Source: an uncultured delta proteobacterium
Lineage (GTDB): Bacteria > Myxococcota_A > Polyangia > Polyangiales > Polyangiaceae
Direction: 5' to 3'
NCBI GenBank assembly: GCA_963782055.1
Contig: CAWAIF010000003.1
Span: 3,744,001 to 3,808,000, forward strand
DNA length: 64,000 nt
This document shows positions 29,230 to 38,212 of this stretch, in pieces. Below the pieces are notes generated by a model, which saw only the letters and a list, made by a program, of their open reading frames with translations, made no database searches and was not told the origin of the DNA. Made by a program: the position numbers and the translations under genes. The first letter of the stretch is position 1; every line of letters begins with the position of its first letter.

Positions 29230-29607
29230 TCAACCGGCGACGTCCGGCGGTGGGAGCGCGAGCGGTGGCGCTTCGACCGGGATGCTCAGCACGACGGCCG
29301 TCCAGGTGGGGAAGAGGGCGGCGCCGGGCACCAGCTCGATCGCGAGCGCGGCGAGCACCCGCCACTTGAAGCCCAGGGTGAAGAGCAGCGCCACCGCGAC
29401 CACGACGTCCAGCACGTCGTCCGGGATGGAAAGCGCGCCCTCGGCGAAGACGGGAAAGAGGCCGAGCTGGAGCAGATCAGCCACGGCGGCGAGCGCCAGG
29501 GCGACCCGCTTGCGCGTGCGCGACACGGTGTGCCCGGCCAGGCCGGCGTGGGCGCGGCCGGCGATCTCTGCCTGGACGGCCGCGAGGGTGCTTGCGGACT
29601 CTGCCAT
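29230..29607 (-). CDS. Small membrane protein, unknown function
   Basis: Several hydrophobic segments, GC3-rich codons, upstream TACATT box. Confidence 0.6.
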   Translation of the reverse strand: MAESASTLAAVQAEIAGRAHAGLAGHTVSRTRKRVALALAAVADLLQLGLFPVFAEGALSIPDDVLDVVVAVALLFTLGFKWRVLAALAIELVPGAALFPTWTAVVLSIPVEAPPLALPPPDVAG

Positions 29608-29679
29608 CAGTCGATCAATGTAAGGACGCCGCGGGCGCGCGCAACGTTTGCCACGCAGGTGCTAGCCTCGACCGGGTCC

Positions 29680-31353
29680 ATGGCCTGTCGCCCGCTGATC
29701 CTCGCCGCCCTGCCCGTCCTCCTCCTCGCCGGGTGCGGTCACCCCGCGACGCCCGCGCGCCCGTCCGCCGAGGTGGTGTTCGACGCGGTGGCGCCGTCGG
29801 TCGTCGCCATCAGCAACGACGACTCGGCCGACCGCGAGAAGCAGATCGCCGCGCTGGAGAAGCGCACGGGGACCGCGCCGCACGGGCCCAAGCGCGTCAT
29901 CGACGTCTCCGCGCACAGGCAGGCCACCCCCGACGGCACGGGCTTCATGGTGGCCGGGGGCCTGATCGTGACCGCCGCGCACGTCGTCGAGCTGCCCGAC
30001 AAGCTCTTCGTCACCACCCGCGCCGGCAAGCGCGTGCCCGCGGACCTGGTCCACCTGGACGAGGTGCGCGACATCGCCGTGCTGCGCCCGCGCACCCCGC
30101 TGCCCGAGGTGCCGCCGCTGAAGCTGGAGGAGCACGACCTCCGGGTGGGCGAGCCCGTCTGGGCGCTGGGCCACACCGGACGTGGCTACTGGGCGCTCTC
30201 GTGGGGGATGTCGGAAGGCATCGCCTCCGGCATCGTCGACATGATGGGCGCCAAGCTCCTGCTCTTCGACGCCGCGGTCTACCCCGGCTTCTCCGGCGGG
30301 CCGGTGGTCACCTTCCACGACCACGGCCATGCCGAGGTTGCCGGCGTCAACCACGCCATCCTGTACACCGGGATGAGCGAGACCTCCACCTCGCCCATCT
30401 TCAGCGCGGTCGCCGTCTCCGAGCTGCACGAGGTGCTCGCCGGCCACCCGCCACCCATCCAGAAGGCGCTCCTGGCCTACGCCAAGAAGGAGCGGACGCG
30501 CGTCTTCGCCGACCTCTTCATCACCAGCAAGTTCCAGATCAAAAAGGACGAGGACGGCCACCCCGTGGCCCACATCGTGGGCGACACGCGCTCGATCCAG
30601 ATCGGCGACCCGCAGACCACCATCCCCGCCGTGGCGATGCTCTTCGGCTTCGCGCCGGGCACCTCCGAGCTGCGCTTCGAGGCGCGCGACCCGGCCGGCG
30701 ACGTCGTGGCCACGGCCAAGACCAGCGCCAAGGTGGCCACCAAGCAGCGCGTCGCCTTCGCCAGCGCCGACCTCTCCTTCGTGAGCAAGAAGCAGGGGCG
30801 CTACCTCGTCAGCGTGCGCAAGGGCGGCGCCGTCATCGGCCAGTCCTTCGTGGAGGTGCAGGCCCAGGGCGCCGACGAGGTCCTGCACGACGACCCCGAC
30901 GTGAGCGACGGCGACCCCAACGTGGACGTGGTGGTCACTCGCCACGCCAGCGCCAGCCCCCTCGTGCTCGCCGGCGTGGAGTCGTACTGGACGGCGCGCA
31001 GCTTCCCCCGGCGCGTGCCCTTCACCTGGTTCGCGCGCGGCTCGCGCGGGTGGTCCGGCCGCGACGTCATCATCAGCGCCTACGTCCTGGACGACGCCGG
31101 CAACGTCGTGGGCCACTCGGAGGGCTGCTTCGAGCCGGAGCTGCGGCCGGAGCTCGCGTGGTCGTGTCTGGCCACCGGGGGGATGATGCCGCCGCCGCTG
31201 GCGCCGAAGGCGGGCAGCTACGACATCGTCTTCACCGTCAACGATCGCCCGGTCGGCTGGTGGCCGATGGAGGCGGTGCTGCGCAAGGACGGCAAGGACG
31301 AGTCAGACACCAATCGCTGGCTCGAGGACCTGCGGCGCGCGGGCGGGAGCTGA
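29680..31353 (+). CDS. Trypsin-like (S1) serine protease lipoprotein with uncharacterised C-terminal domains
   Basis: Lipobox LAGC; triad TAAHVV, RDIAVL, PGFSGGP. Confidence 0.85.
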   Translation: MACRPLILAALPVLLLAGCGHPATPARPSAEVVFDAVAPSVVAISNDDSADREKQIAALEKRTGTAPHGPKRVIDVSAHRQATPDGTGFMVAGGLIVTAAHVVELPDKLFVTTRAGKRVPADLVHLDEVRDIAVLRPRTPLPEVPPLKLEEHDLRVGEPVWALGHTGRGYWALSWGMSEGIASGIVDMMGAKLLLFDAAVYPGFSGGPVVTFHDHGHAEVAGVNHAILYTGMSETSTSPIFSAVAVSELHEVLAGHPPPIQKALLAYAKKERTRVFADLFITSKFQIKKDEDGHPVAHIVGDTRSIQIGDPQTTIPAVAMLFGFAPGTSELRFEARDPAGDVVATAKTSAKVATKQRVAFASADLSFVSKKQGRYLVSVRKGGAVIGQSFVEVQAQGADEVLHDDPDVSDGDPNVDVVVTRHASASPLVLAGVESYWTARSFPRRVPFTWFARGSRGWSGRDVIISAYVLDDAGNVVGHSEGCFEPELRPELAWSCLATGGMMPPPLAPKAGSYDIVFTVNDRPVGWWPMEAVLRKDGKDESDTNRWLEDLRRAGGS

Positions 31354-31359
31354 CGGGCC

Positions 31360-31656
31360 GTGGGCGAGGTCCTCGACATCCTCGTCTCCTGGCTCGTGAC
31401 GGCCGCGGTGTGCTTCGCCATCGTCGGGCGCGACGAGAAGCACCTCTCCGCCGAGGCGCTGGCGCGCGCGTGGCCGGCGACGAGCCGCGCCGCCGCCATC
31501 CTGGTCTTCGGGCAGCTCGCACTCGTCGTCCACTTCGCCAAGACGCGCCGCAGCCTCTACGGCGTGGGCCTCGGGCTCTTCTGGGCCGCCGTCGCCACCG
31601 CGCCGTCCATGGTGATAGGACTCCTCATCGACTACGCCCTGCCCCAGGGCGGGTAG
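31360..31656 (+). CDS. Small 3-TM membrane protein
   Basis: 98 aa, hydrophobic, tightly packed between the protease and mlaE. Confidence 0.6.
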   Translation: MGEVLDILVSWLVTAAVCFAIVGRDEKHLSAEALARAWPATSRAAAILVFGQLALVVHFAKTRRSLYGVGLGLFWAAVATAPSMVIGLLIDYALPQGG

Positions 31657-31668
31657 CCGCACCTCGCC

Positions 31669-32472
31669 ATGGCCGCCGCGACCGCCGTCAAGCACCGCTT
31701 CCTCGATTTCGCCGGGTCCGTCGGCGGAGGCTTCCTCGGCATCGCCGAGATCGCCGGCGGCATGGGCGTGCTCCTCTTCCGCATCGGCGCGCGCCTCTTC
31801 CCGCCGCGCCTCGATTACCCGGAGCTGCGGCGCAACCTCTACAAGATGAGCGTCAAGTCGCTGCCCATCGTGATCGTGACGGCGCTCTTCACCGGGGCCA
31901 TCATGGTCATCCAGGCCGCGCCCATCGTGAAACGCCTCGGCGCGGAGGGCCTGGTCGGCTGGGCGGCGAGCTTCACCACCCTGCGGGAGATCGCCCCGCT
32001 GCTGACGGCGCTGATGATCTCCGGGCGCGTGGGCGCCAACAACACCGCCGAGCTCGGCACCATGGTCGTCACCGAGCAGGTGGACGCCCTGCGCGTGCTG
32101 GCGATCGACCCCATCTCCTTTCTGGTGCTGCCGCGCTTCATCGGCATCACCGTGACGCTCTTCATGATGACGCTCTACGCCGACGCGCTCGCCATCTTCG
32201 GGGCGACGTACTGCGCCAAGGCGCTCCTGGGCGTGGAGCCGGCGAGCTTCTACCACGGCATGACGAGCGGCCTGCTCGGCTTCGGCGACGTCGCCAACGG
32301 CCTGATCAAGAGCGTCGTCTTCGGCATCCTCATCGGCCTGGCGAGCTGCCACTTCGGCCTCTCCACCAAGGGCGGCGCCCCCGGCGTCGGGCGCTCGGTC
32401 ACCGCGGCGGTCGTCGCCAGCGCCGCCGGCGTCTTCGTGCTGGACTACCTGGTGAGCTTCCTGCTCGGCTGA
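31669..32472 (+). CDS. mlaE: MlaE/YrbE-family permease (copy A)
   Basis: REIAPLLTALMISGRVGA, AELGTMVVTEQVDAL, GGAPGVGRS. Confidence 0.92.
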   Translation: MAAATAVKHRFLDFAGSVGGGFLGIAEIAGGMGVLLFRIGARLFPPRLDYPELRRNLYKMSVKSLPIVIVTALFTGAIMVIQAAPIVKRLGAEGLVGWAASFTTLREIAPLLTALMISGRVGANNTAELGTMVVTEQVDALRVLAIDPISFLVLPRFIGITVTLFMMTLYADALAIFGATYCAKALLGVEPASFYHGMTSGLLGFGDVANGLIKSVVFGILIGLASCHFGLSTKGGAPGVGRSVTAAVVASAAGVFVLDYLVSFLLG

Positions 32473-32474
32473 CC

Positions 32475-33299
32475 ATGAGCGCGCCCGCCACAGAGCCCAC
32501 CACCGACACGCCCCGCCAGAGCGGGCTGATCTACGATCTGGGCGCGGCCACCTTCGACCTGGCGCGCGGCGCGCTGGAGCTGTACTCGGTCTTCGTCCGG
32601 ACGCTCTACTACCTGGTGCGCGGGCGCCGCGAGAAGGGCGCTGTCGTGCGTCAGATGTACGAGATGGGCAACCGCAGCCTGCTCTTCATGACCGTGGCGA
32701 TGGGCGTCATCGGCATGATCATGGTCTACCAGTCGGGCCTGCAGACCAAGCGCATCATCCCGGACTTTTCCCTGCTCGGCGCGACCTACCTGGAGCTGCT
32801 CACGCGCGATCTCGCGGCGAGCCTGGGCGCGCTGATGCTCGCCACGCGTGTCGGCGCCGGAATCGCGGCCGAGATCGGGTCGATGGTGGTGACCGAGCAG
32901 ATCGACGCCCTGCGCATGAGCGCGGCCGACCCCATCGACTACCTCGTCAAGCCCCGCTTCGTCGCCAGCATCGTGATGACCACCACCCTCATCATCTGGG
33001 GCGGCTTCGTGGCCTTCACCGCTGGCGGCGCCATCGGCTACTTCGCCTTCGGCATCTCGCCTCACACCTTCTTCAGCACGCAGCTCGTCGACCACGGCGA
33101 CCTCATCACCGGTCTCGTCAAGTGCATCGCCTACGGCGCGGCCATTCCCATCGTGAGCGGGTACTGCGGCCTCTCCACCTACGGCGGGTCGGAGGGGGTC
33201 GGCTGGGCCACCACGCGCGCGGTCGTCAACTCCTCGCTGGCCATCATCATCCTGAACTTCTTCATCTCCGGCGCGGCGTACGTCGTGTTCCCCAAGTAA
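32475..33299 (+). CDS. mlaE: MlaE/YrbE-family permease (copy B)
   Basis: RVGAGIAAEIGSMVVTEQIDAL, GGSEGVGWATTRAVV. Confidence 0.92.
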   Translation: MSAPATEPTTDTPRQSGLIYDLGAATFDLARGALELYSVFVRTLYYLVRGRREKGAVVRQMYEMGNRSLLFMTVAMGVIGMIMVYQSGLQTKRIIPDFSLLGATYLELLTRDLAASLGALMLATRVGAGIAAEIGSMVVTEQIDALRMSAADPIDYLVKPRFVASIVMTTTLIIWGGFVAFTAGGAIGYFAFGISPHTFFSTQLVDHGDLITGLVKCIAYGAAIPIVSGYCGLSTYGGSEGVGWATTRAVVNSSLAIIILNFFISGAAYVVFPK

Positions 33300-33329
33300 C
33301 CCCGCGGCCTCGTGTATCCTCCGGGCCGG

Positions 33330-35417
33330 ATGGCTCGTCCCCGCAGGCTCGTCAGCTACCGCCTCTCGTTGGTCGTGGCGATCCCCCTGCTCATCGTGAT
33401 GACGGGCGCCCTCATCGCCGGCAACGCCTACTTCACCACGCGCAACACCATCGACTCGCTGACGACGCAGCTCTTCGACCAGGTCTCCGAGCAGACGGCC
33501 GACGAGGCGAGCAACCACGTCGGCCAGGCCGTGCCGGCGGTGGACCTGGTGGCCGGCCTGCTGCGCGACGAGGACCCCCTCCCCGACCAGCCTGGCCTCG
33601 CGCAGCGGCTGCTGCAGGTGCTCCGCGCCAACCCCGGCTTCGCCTGGGTGAGCTTCAGCGAGACGAACGGTGACTTCACCGGCGTCTACCGCACCGCGAG
33701 CGGGGAGGTCCGCACCAACCGCAGCTCCATCCACGACGGCAAGACCGAGCTCTACGAGCACGTGGTCCACCCGGACGACTCGCTCACCCTGCTGCGCCAC
33801 GTCCAGGACACCGGCTACGACCCGCGCACCCGCCCCTTCTACGAGCTGGCCGTGGACAAGAAGCGGCGCGTCTGGACGCCGCCCTACGTCTTCTTCGACC
33901 AGGGCATCCCGGGGATCACCTGCGCCGAGCCGGTCTACGGCAAGGACGGCGCGCTGCGCGGCGTCGTGACCGTCGACTTCGATCTCAACGTACTCTCGCA
34001 GTTCGTCGCGGGGCTGCACCTCAGCCCGCACGCGCTCATCTTCATCTACACGCCCGACGGCACCATCCTGGCGCACCCCACACTCCACCTGGTGGAGAAG
34101 AAGGGGGCCGGCAGCGAGGGCGAGCTCGTCACCGCGAAGAACGTCGCCGACCCGCTGGTGCGCGACTTCCTCGCCCACGCCCCGCACGGGGCTGCCGCGG
34201 GCCAGCAGTTCACCTTCCGTCACGACGGACAGGACTATTTCGGCGCGACGCGCCGCTTCGACATCGACCACGGCCTCTCCTGGGTGGTGGGGGCGGCGGC
34301 CCCGCAGAGCGACTTCCTGCACTCGGTGCAGAGGAACAACCGCATCGCCGCGTTCGTCTCCCTCGGCGCGGTCGCCCTGGCGCTGCTGCTCGGGGCCGCC
34401 CTCGCCAACCGCGTGGCGGTGCCCCTCGCCCGCATCGCCAAGGACATGGATCGCGTGGGCCGCTTCGACCTGGGCGAGCAGCCCGCCACCGGCTCCATGT
34501 TCCGCGAGATCGACGCGATGGGTCGCTCGCTCTCGGCCATGAAGGGCGGTCTGCGCAGCTTCGCCTCGTACGTCCCGCGTGATCTGGTGCGCGCCGTGCT
34601 CGCCTCCGGCGAGGAGGCCAAGCTGGGCGGCCGCACCAGGGTGCTCACCGTCTTCTTCTCCGACCTGGCCGGCTTCACCACCATCTCGGAGTCCATGGCG
34701 CCCGAGGCGCTGGTGGAGCTGCTCGGCGGCTACCTGGACGAGATGACCCGCGTCATCTCGAAGCACGGGGGCACGGTCGACAAGTTCATCGGCGACGGCA
34801 TCATGGCCTTCTGGGGCGCCCCGGGCGAGGAGCCGAGGCACGCCGAGCGCGCGGTGGAGGCCGCCATCGCCGCGCAGCGCGCCCTCGCCGCCATGAAGCG
34901 CGACGGCGACGAGGACGTCCGGCGTCTGTCCATGCGCATCGGCCTCGCCACCGGCGAGGTGGTCGTCGGCAACATCGGCGCCCACGACCGGATGAACTAC
35001 ACCGTGATGGGCGACACGGTGAACCTCGCCGCGCGGCTGGAAGGCCTCAACAAGCAGTACGGCACGCCCCTCATGATCTCGGAGGCCACCTACCTCGCCT
35101 GCAAGGAGAAGGTCGTCGCGCGGCCCATCGACGTCGTCGCGGTCAAGGGCAAGCGGCAGGGCGTGCGCGTCTACGAGCCGCTCTGCCTCTGCGAGGAGCC
35201 GGACGAGAAGGCTCGCGGGGTGGCGGAGGCGAGCGAGCGCGCCCTGGACCTCTACCTCCACCGCCGCTTCGACGAGGCGGCCGCGGCGTGGGATGAAGTC
35301 CTGCACCTCCGGCCGGGCGACGCCGCCGCCTCCCACATGAAGCGCCACGCCCAGGACTTCGCCAAGCACCCGCCGCCCGAGGACTGGGACGGCGTCGCCG
35401 TCATGAAGGTGAAGTGA
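33330..35417 (+). CDS. Membrane class III nucleotide (probably adenylate) cyclase: TM-Cache-TM-HAMP-cyclase
   Basis: YDPRTRPFY and WTPPY Cache motifs; FSDLAGFT, KFIGDGIM, YTVMGDTVNLAARLE. Confidence 0.9.
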   Translation: MARPRRLVSYRLSLVVAIPLLIVMTGALIAGNAYFTTRNTIDSLTTQLFDQVSEQTADEASNHVGQAVPAVDLVAGLLRDEDPLPDQPGLAQRLLQVLRANPGFAWVSFSETNGDFTGVYRTASGEVRTNRSSIHDGKTELYEHVVHPDDSLTLLRHVQDTGYDPRTRPFYELAVDKKRRVWTPPYVFFDQGIPGITCAEPVYGKDGALRGVVTVDFDLNVLSQFVAGLHLSPHALIFIYTPDGTILAHPTLHLVEKKGAGSEGELVTAKNVADPLVRDFLAHAPHGAAAGQQFTFRHDGQDYFGATRRFDIDHGLSWVVGAAAPQSDFLHSVQRNNRIAAFVSLGAVALALLLGAALANRVAVPLARIAKDMDRVGRFDLGEQPATGSMFREIDAMGRSLSAMKGGLRSFASYVPRDLVRAVLASGEEAKLGGRTRVLTVFFSDLAGFTTISESMAPEALVELLGGYLDEMTRVISKHGGTVDKFIGDGIMAFWGAPGEEPRHAERAVEAAIAAQRALAAMKRDGDEDVRRLSMRIGLATGEVVVGNIGAHDRMNYTVMGDTVNLAARLEGLNKQYGTPLMISEATYLACKEKVVARPIDVVAVKGKRQGVRVYEPLCLCEEPDEKARGVAEASERALDLYLHRRFDEAAAAWDEVLHLRPGDAAASHMKRHAQDFAKHPPPEDWDGVAVMKVK

Positions 35418-36157
35418 TCTCCTTCCGCGACATCAGGAAGTCCTTCGGCCCCAAGACGGTCATCGACGGCGTGAGCTTCGACGTCCAGGACGGCGAGGTC
35501 TTCTTCATCATCGGCGCCTCCGGCGTCGGCAAGAGCGTGCTCATCAAGCACCTCGTCGGCCTGCTGCAGCCCGACTCCGGCGAGATCTGGCTGGACGGAC
35601 AGGAGGTCTCCAGGCTGGACGAACAGGCCATGATGCCGGTGCGGAAGAAGTGCGCCATGGTCTTCCAGCACTCCACCCTCTTCGACTCCATGACGTGCGC
35701 GGAGAACGTCGCCCTGCCCCTGCGCAAGCACAAGGGCCTGAGCGTGCGCGACGCGCTCGCCGAGGCGAAGAAGCGGCTCCTGCAGGTGCACATGGCGGAC
35801 TTCGCCGACCGCTACCCGCCGGAGCTGGGTGACGGCATGCGCAAGCGGGTGGCCATCGCCCGCGCGCTGACGCTGGACCCGGAGTACGTCCTGTTCGACG
35901 AGCCGACCACCTCCCTCGACCCGGTGAGCGCCCGCCGCGTGGACCGCCTGATCCGCGAGCTGTCCGACAGCGTGGGCGTGACGTCCGTCGTCGTCAGCCA
36001 CGATCTGGTGAGCATCTTCAGCATCGCCGACAGGATCGTGATGCTCTACAAGGGCCACGTCCGCATGCTCGGCACGCCGCAGGAGTTCAAGGCGACGGGC
36101 GACGCCATCATCCAGCAGTTCATCCACGGCCGCGCGCAGGGGCCGATGGAGGGCTGA
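35414..36157 (+). CDS. mlaF: MlaF/Mkl-family ABC ATPase (non-canonical signature LGDGM)
   Basis: GASGVGKS, FQHSTLFDS, LGDGMRKR, FDEPTTSLDP, VSHD; GTGA overlap with the cyclase. Confidence 0.9.
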   Translation: MISFRDIRKSFGPKTVIDGVSFDVQDGEVFFIIGASGVGKSVLIKHLVGLLQPDSGEIWLDGQEVSRLDEQAMMPVRKKCAMVFQHSTLFDSMTCAENVALPLRKHKGLSVRDALAEAKKRLLQVHMADFADRYPPELGDGMRKRVAIARALTLDPEYVLFDEPTTSLDPVSARRVDRLIRELSDSVGVTSVVVSHDLVSIFSIADRIVMLYKGHVRMLGTPQEFKATGDAIIQQFIHGRAQGPMEG

Positions 36158-36202
36158 CGGCACTCTCCCTATCCGGCCCGCTTCGGCTAGACTCCGCTCC
36201 CG

Positions 36203-37228
36203 ATGGCGCAAGAGCGTTCGATCGAGGTCAAGGTCGGCATCCTCATCCTGGTGGCCCTGGGCATCCTGGGCGGCTTCATCCTGGTGATGGGTGGCCTCAG
36301 CTTCCAGAAGACCTACGCCATCTACGTCGACTTCGACAACCCCGGCGCCCTGCAGACGGGCGCGCCAGTGAAGATCGCCGGCGTCACCGTCGGCAAGGTG
36401 GACGAGCTGCAGTTCCGCGGCGGCCAGCTCGACCCCAAGACCGGCCACCGCACGATGGTGCGCGCCAAGCTACTGGTGCAGACGCGCTACCGCTCCAGCA
36501 TCCACGAGGACGCCGACTTCTACGTCACCACGCAGGGTGTCCTCGGCGAGCAGTACCTGGCGATCGAGCCGGGCACGCCCACCAAACCGGAGCTCGACCC
36601 GGACAAGACCATCCCGCAGGGCATCGGCCCGCCGCGCCTCGATCTCTTCTTCGCCAAGGCCTACGAGCTGCTCGACATGACGGTGACCGGCCTCAACAAC
36701 AACAAGGACCTGGTCAAGGACATCGCGGTCAACACCGCCGGCCTGCTCGCCGGGCTGAACGGGTCGGTCGCCGACAACCGCGAGCGCATCAACCGCATCA
36801 TGAAGAACCTGGAGGACCTCACCGCGGAGGCCAACTCCCTCACGTCCGACGTGCACACGAAGTACGTCGACAACCCGAAGGTCCAGCACACCATCGACAA
36901 CATCGACGCCATCTCCACCAAGCTGAAGAGCGACTCCGGCCCGCTGCTCGACAACGCCAACGACGCCCTCTCCAACCTGGACAAGGTCTCCAAGACCTTC
37001 GCCGACCCTGAGGGCCAGGCGAAGCTGAAGAAGGCCCTGAACGACGTCTCGGAGCTCGCCTCCCGCGCCAACGCCATCGCCGCCGACGCGCAGAAGATCA
37101 CCGACCACATCAAGAAGGGCGAGGGCACCGTCGGCGCCCTGGTGATGGACGAGGAGCTGTACGACGACCTTCAGGAGATGGTGCGCGACCTCAAGCACAA
37201 CCCCTGGAAGTTCTTCTGGAAGAACTAG
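36203..37228 (+). CDS. mlaD: MCE/MlaD-domain protein with long C-terminal helical region
   Basis: EVKVG + TM, LQTGAPVKIAGVTVGKV, TQGVLGEQYLAIEPG, helical tail ending GTVGALV...LKHNPWKF. Confidence 0.92.
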   Translation: MAQERSIEVKVGILILVALGILGGFILVMGGLSFQKTYAIYVDFDNPGALQTGAPVKIAGVTVGKVDELQFRGGQLDPKTGHRTMVRAKLLVQTRYRSSIHEDADFYVTTQGVLGEQYLAIEPGTPTKPELDPDKTIPQGIGPPRLDLFFAKAYELLDMTVTGLNNNKDLVKDIAVNTAGLLAGLNGSVADNRERINRIMKNLEDLTAEANSLTSDVHTKYVDNPKVQHTIDNIDAISTKLKSDSGPLLDNANDALSNLDKVSKTFADPEGQAKLKKALNDVSELASRANAIAADAQKITDHIKKGEGTVGALVMDEELYDDLQEMVRDLKHNPWKFFWKN

Positions 37229-37238
37229 CGCGCCGGGG

Positions 37239-37616
37239 TCACTCGGAGGCGGCGTCCTGCGACCCGGAGTCCTGCCCGCCCGAGTCCTGCCCGCCGGAGT
37301 CCGGCGTCCCGGTGTCGGGGGTCCCGGAGTCCTTGGTGCCGGTGTCCGGCTGCGCCACGTCCTGCACCTGACCGTCGCTCGCGCCATCGGTGGCGCCGTC
37401 CGTCATCGTGGCGTCACCCGCGCCGGCCTCCGGCGGTGTGCTGATGATGCCGGTCAGGTCGTTGGAGCACTTGCCCTTGATGCAGACCAGCCCCTCCTGG
37501 CAGTCGATGGCCTGGAAGCAGTCCCCGCCGGCGGCGACCAGATCGTTGGCGCAGGCCGAGAAGAGCCCCGTCAGGGCCGCGGGCACGACGAGGAGAACGA
37601 GGAGGCGCTTCACCAT
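37239..37616 (-). CDS. Small Cys-knot-like lipoprotein with DxG-repeat tail ending DAASE
   Basis: Lipobox FSAC; CFQAIDCQEGLVCIKGKC; DSG/DTG repeats. Confidence 0.75.
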   Translation of the reverse strand: MVKRLLVLLVVPAALTGLFSACANDLVAAGGDCFQAIDCQEGLVCIKGKCSNDLTGIISTPPEAGAGDATMTDGATDGASDGQVQDVAQPDTGTKDSGTPDTGTPDSGGQDSGGQDSGSQDAASE

Positions 37617-37680
37617 CCCCACGGTACGTGGCGGCAGACGCCGGTTCAAGTGCCTCCGGCCGCGTGCCCCCCGCGCGCGC

Positions 37681-37896
37681 TCACTCCAGGACGACGAGGA
37701 CGTCGCCCTCGTTGACCGCCTGCCCCTCCGAGCACGCGATCTTCTCCACCTTGCCCGTCGTCTGCGCCTCCACGGGCATCTCCATCTTCATGGACTCCAG
37801 GATGACGACCGTCTGCCCCTCCATCACCTCCTCGCCCTCCTGAACCTCAATCTTCCAGACCGTCCCGGTGATGTGCGCGCAAACGTTGGTCGCCAT
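37681..37896 (-). CDS. Stand-alone biotinyl-carrier domain protein (71 aa)
   Basis: GTVWKIEV, ILESMKME biotin-attachment Lys motif, VNEGDVL. Confidence 0.88.
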   Translation of the reverse strand: MATNVCAHITGTVWKIEVQEGEEVMEGQTVVILESMKMEMPVEAQTTGKVEKIACSEGQAVNEGDVLVVLE

Positions 37897-38088
37897 GTGG
37901 CGGGACCATAGCCGAGACCTCGGCCGAAGCCGAGACCGAAGCCGGGCCCGCCGGCCCCTCCGACGCCCAAGGAGCTCGGCCGCCGTGGGTTTCACTGTGG
38001 CCCGCATATTCCGCCGCCGCCGCAAGGGTCGGGTAGCCCAACCGGAGGTCCGCGGAGGATGATGAAATCGCTCGGATCGTCTTGGACA

Positions 38089-38117
38089 TTGCGCAGGGTG
38101 GCGGAAGTCGGTAACTT
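38089..38117 (+). promoter_or_regulatory. Putative sigma70-type promoter for the 38213 gene
   Basis: TTGCGC-17 bp-TAACTT in an otherwise GC-rich spacer. Confidence 0.45.
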
Positions 38118-38212
38118 TTTGTCGTCAGCGCAAAGTCAGGCCCCCTGCGGGCGTTCGACCCCTTCCCCTGATCACTGACTGGCTGCCGGATCCCGATCGA
38201 GGAAACACGACC

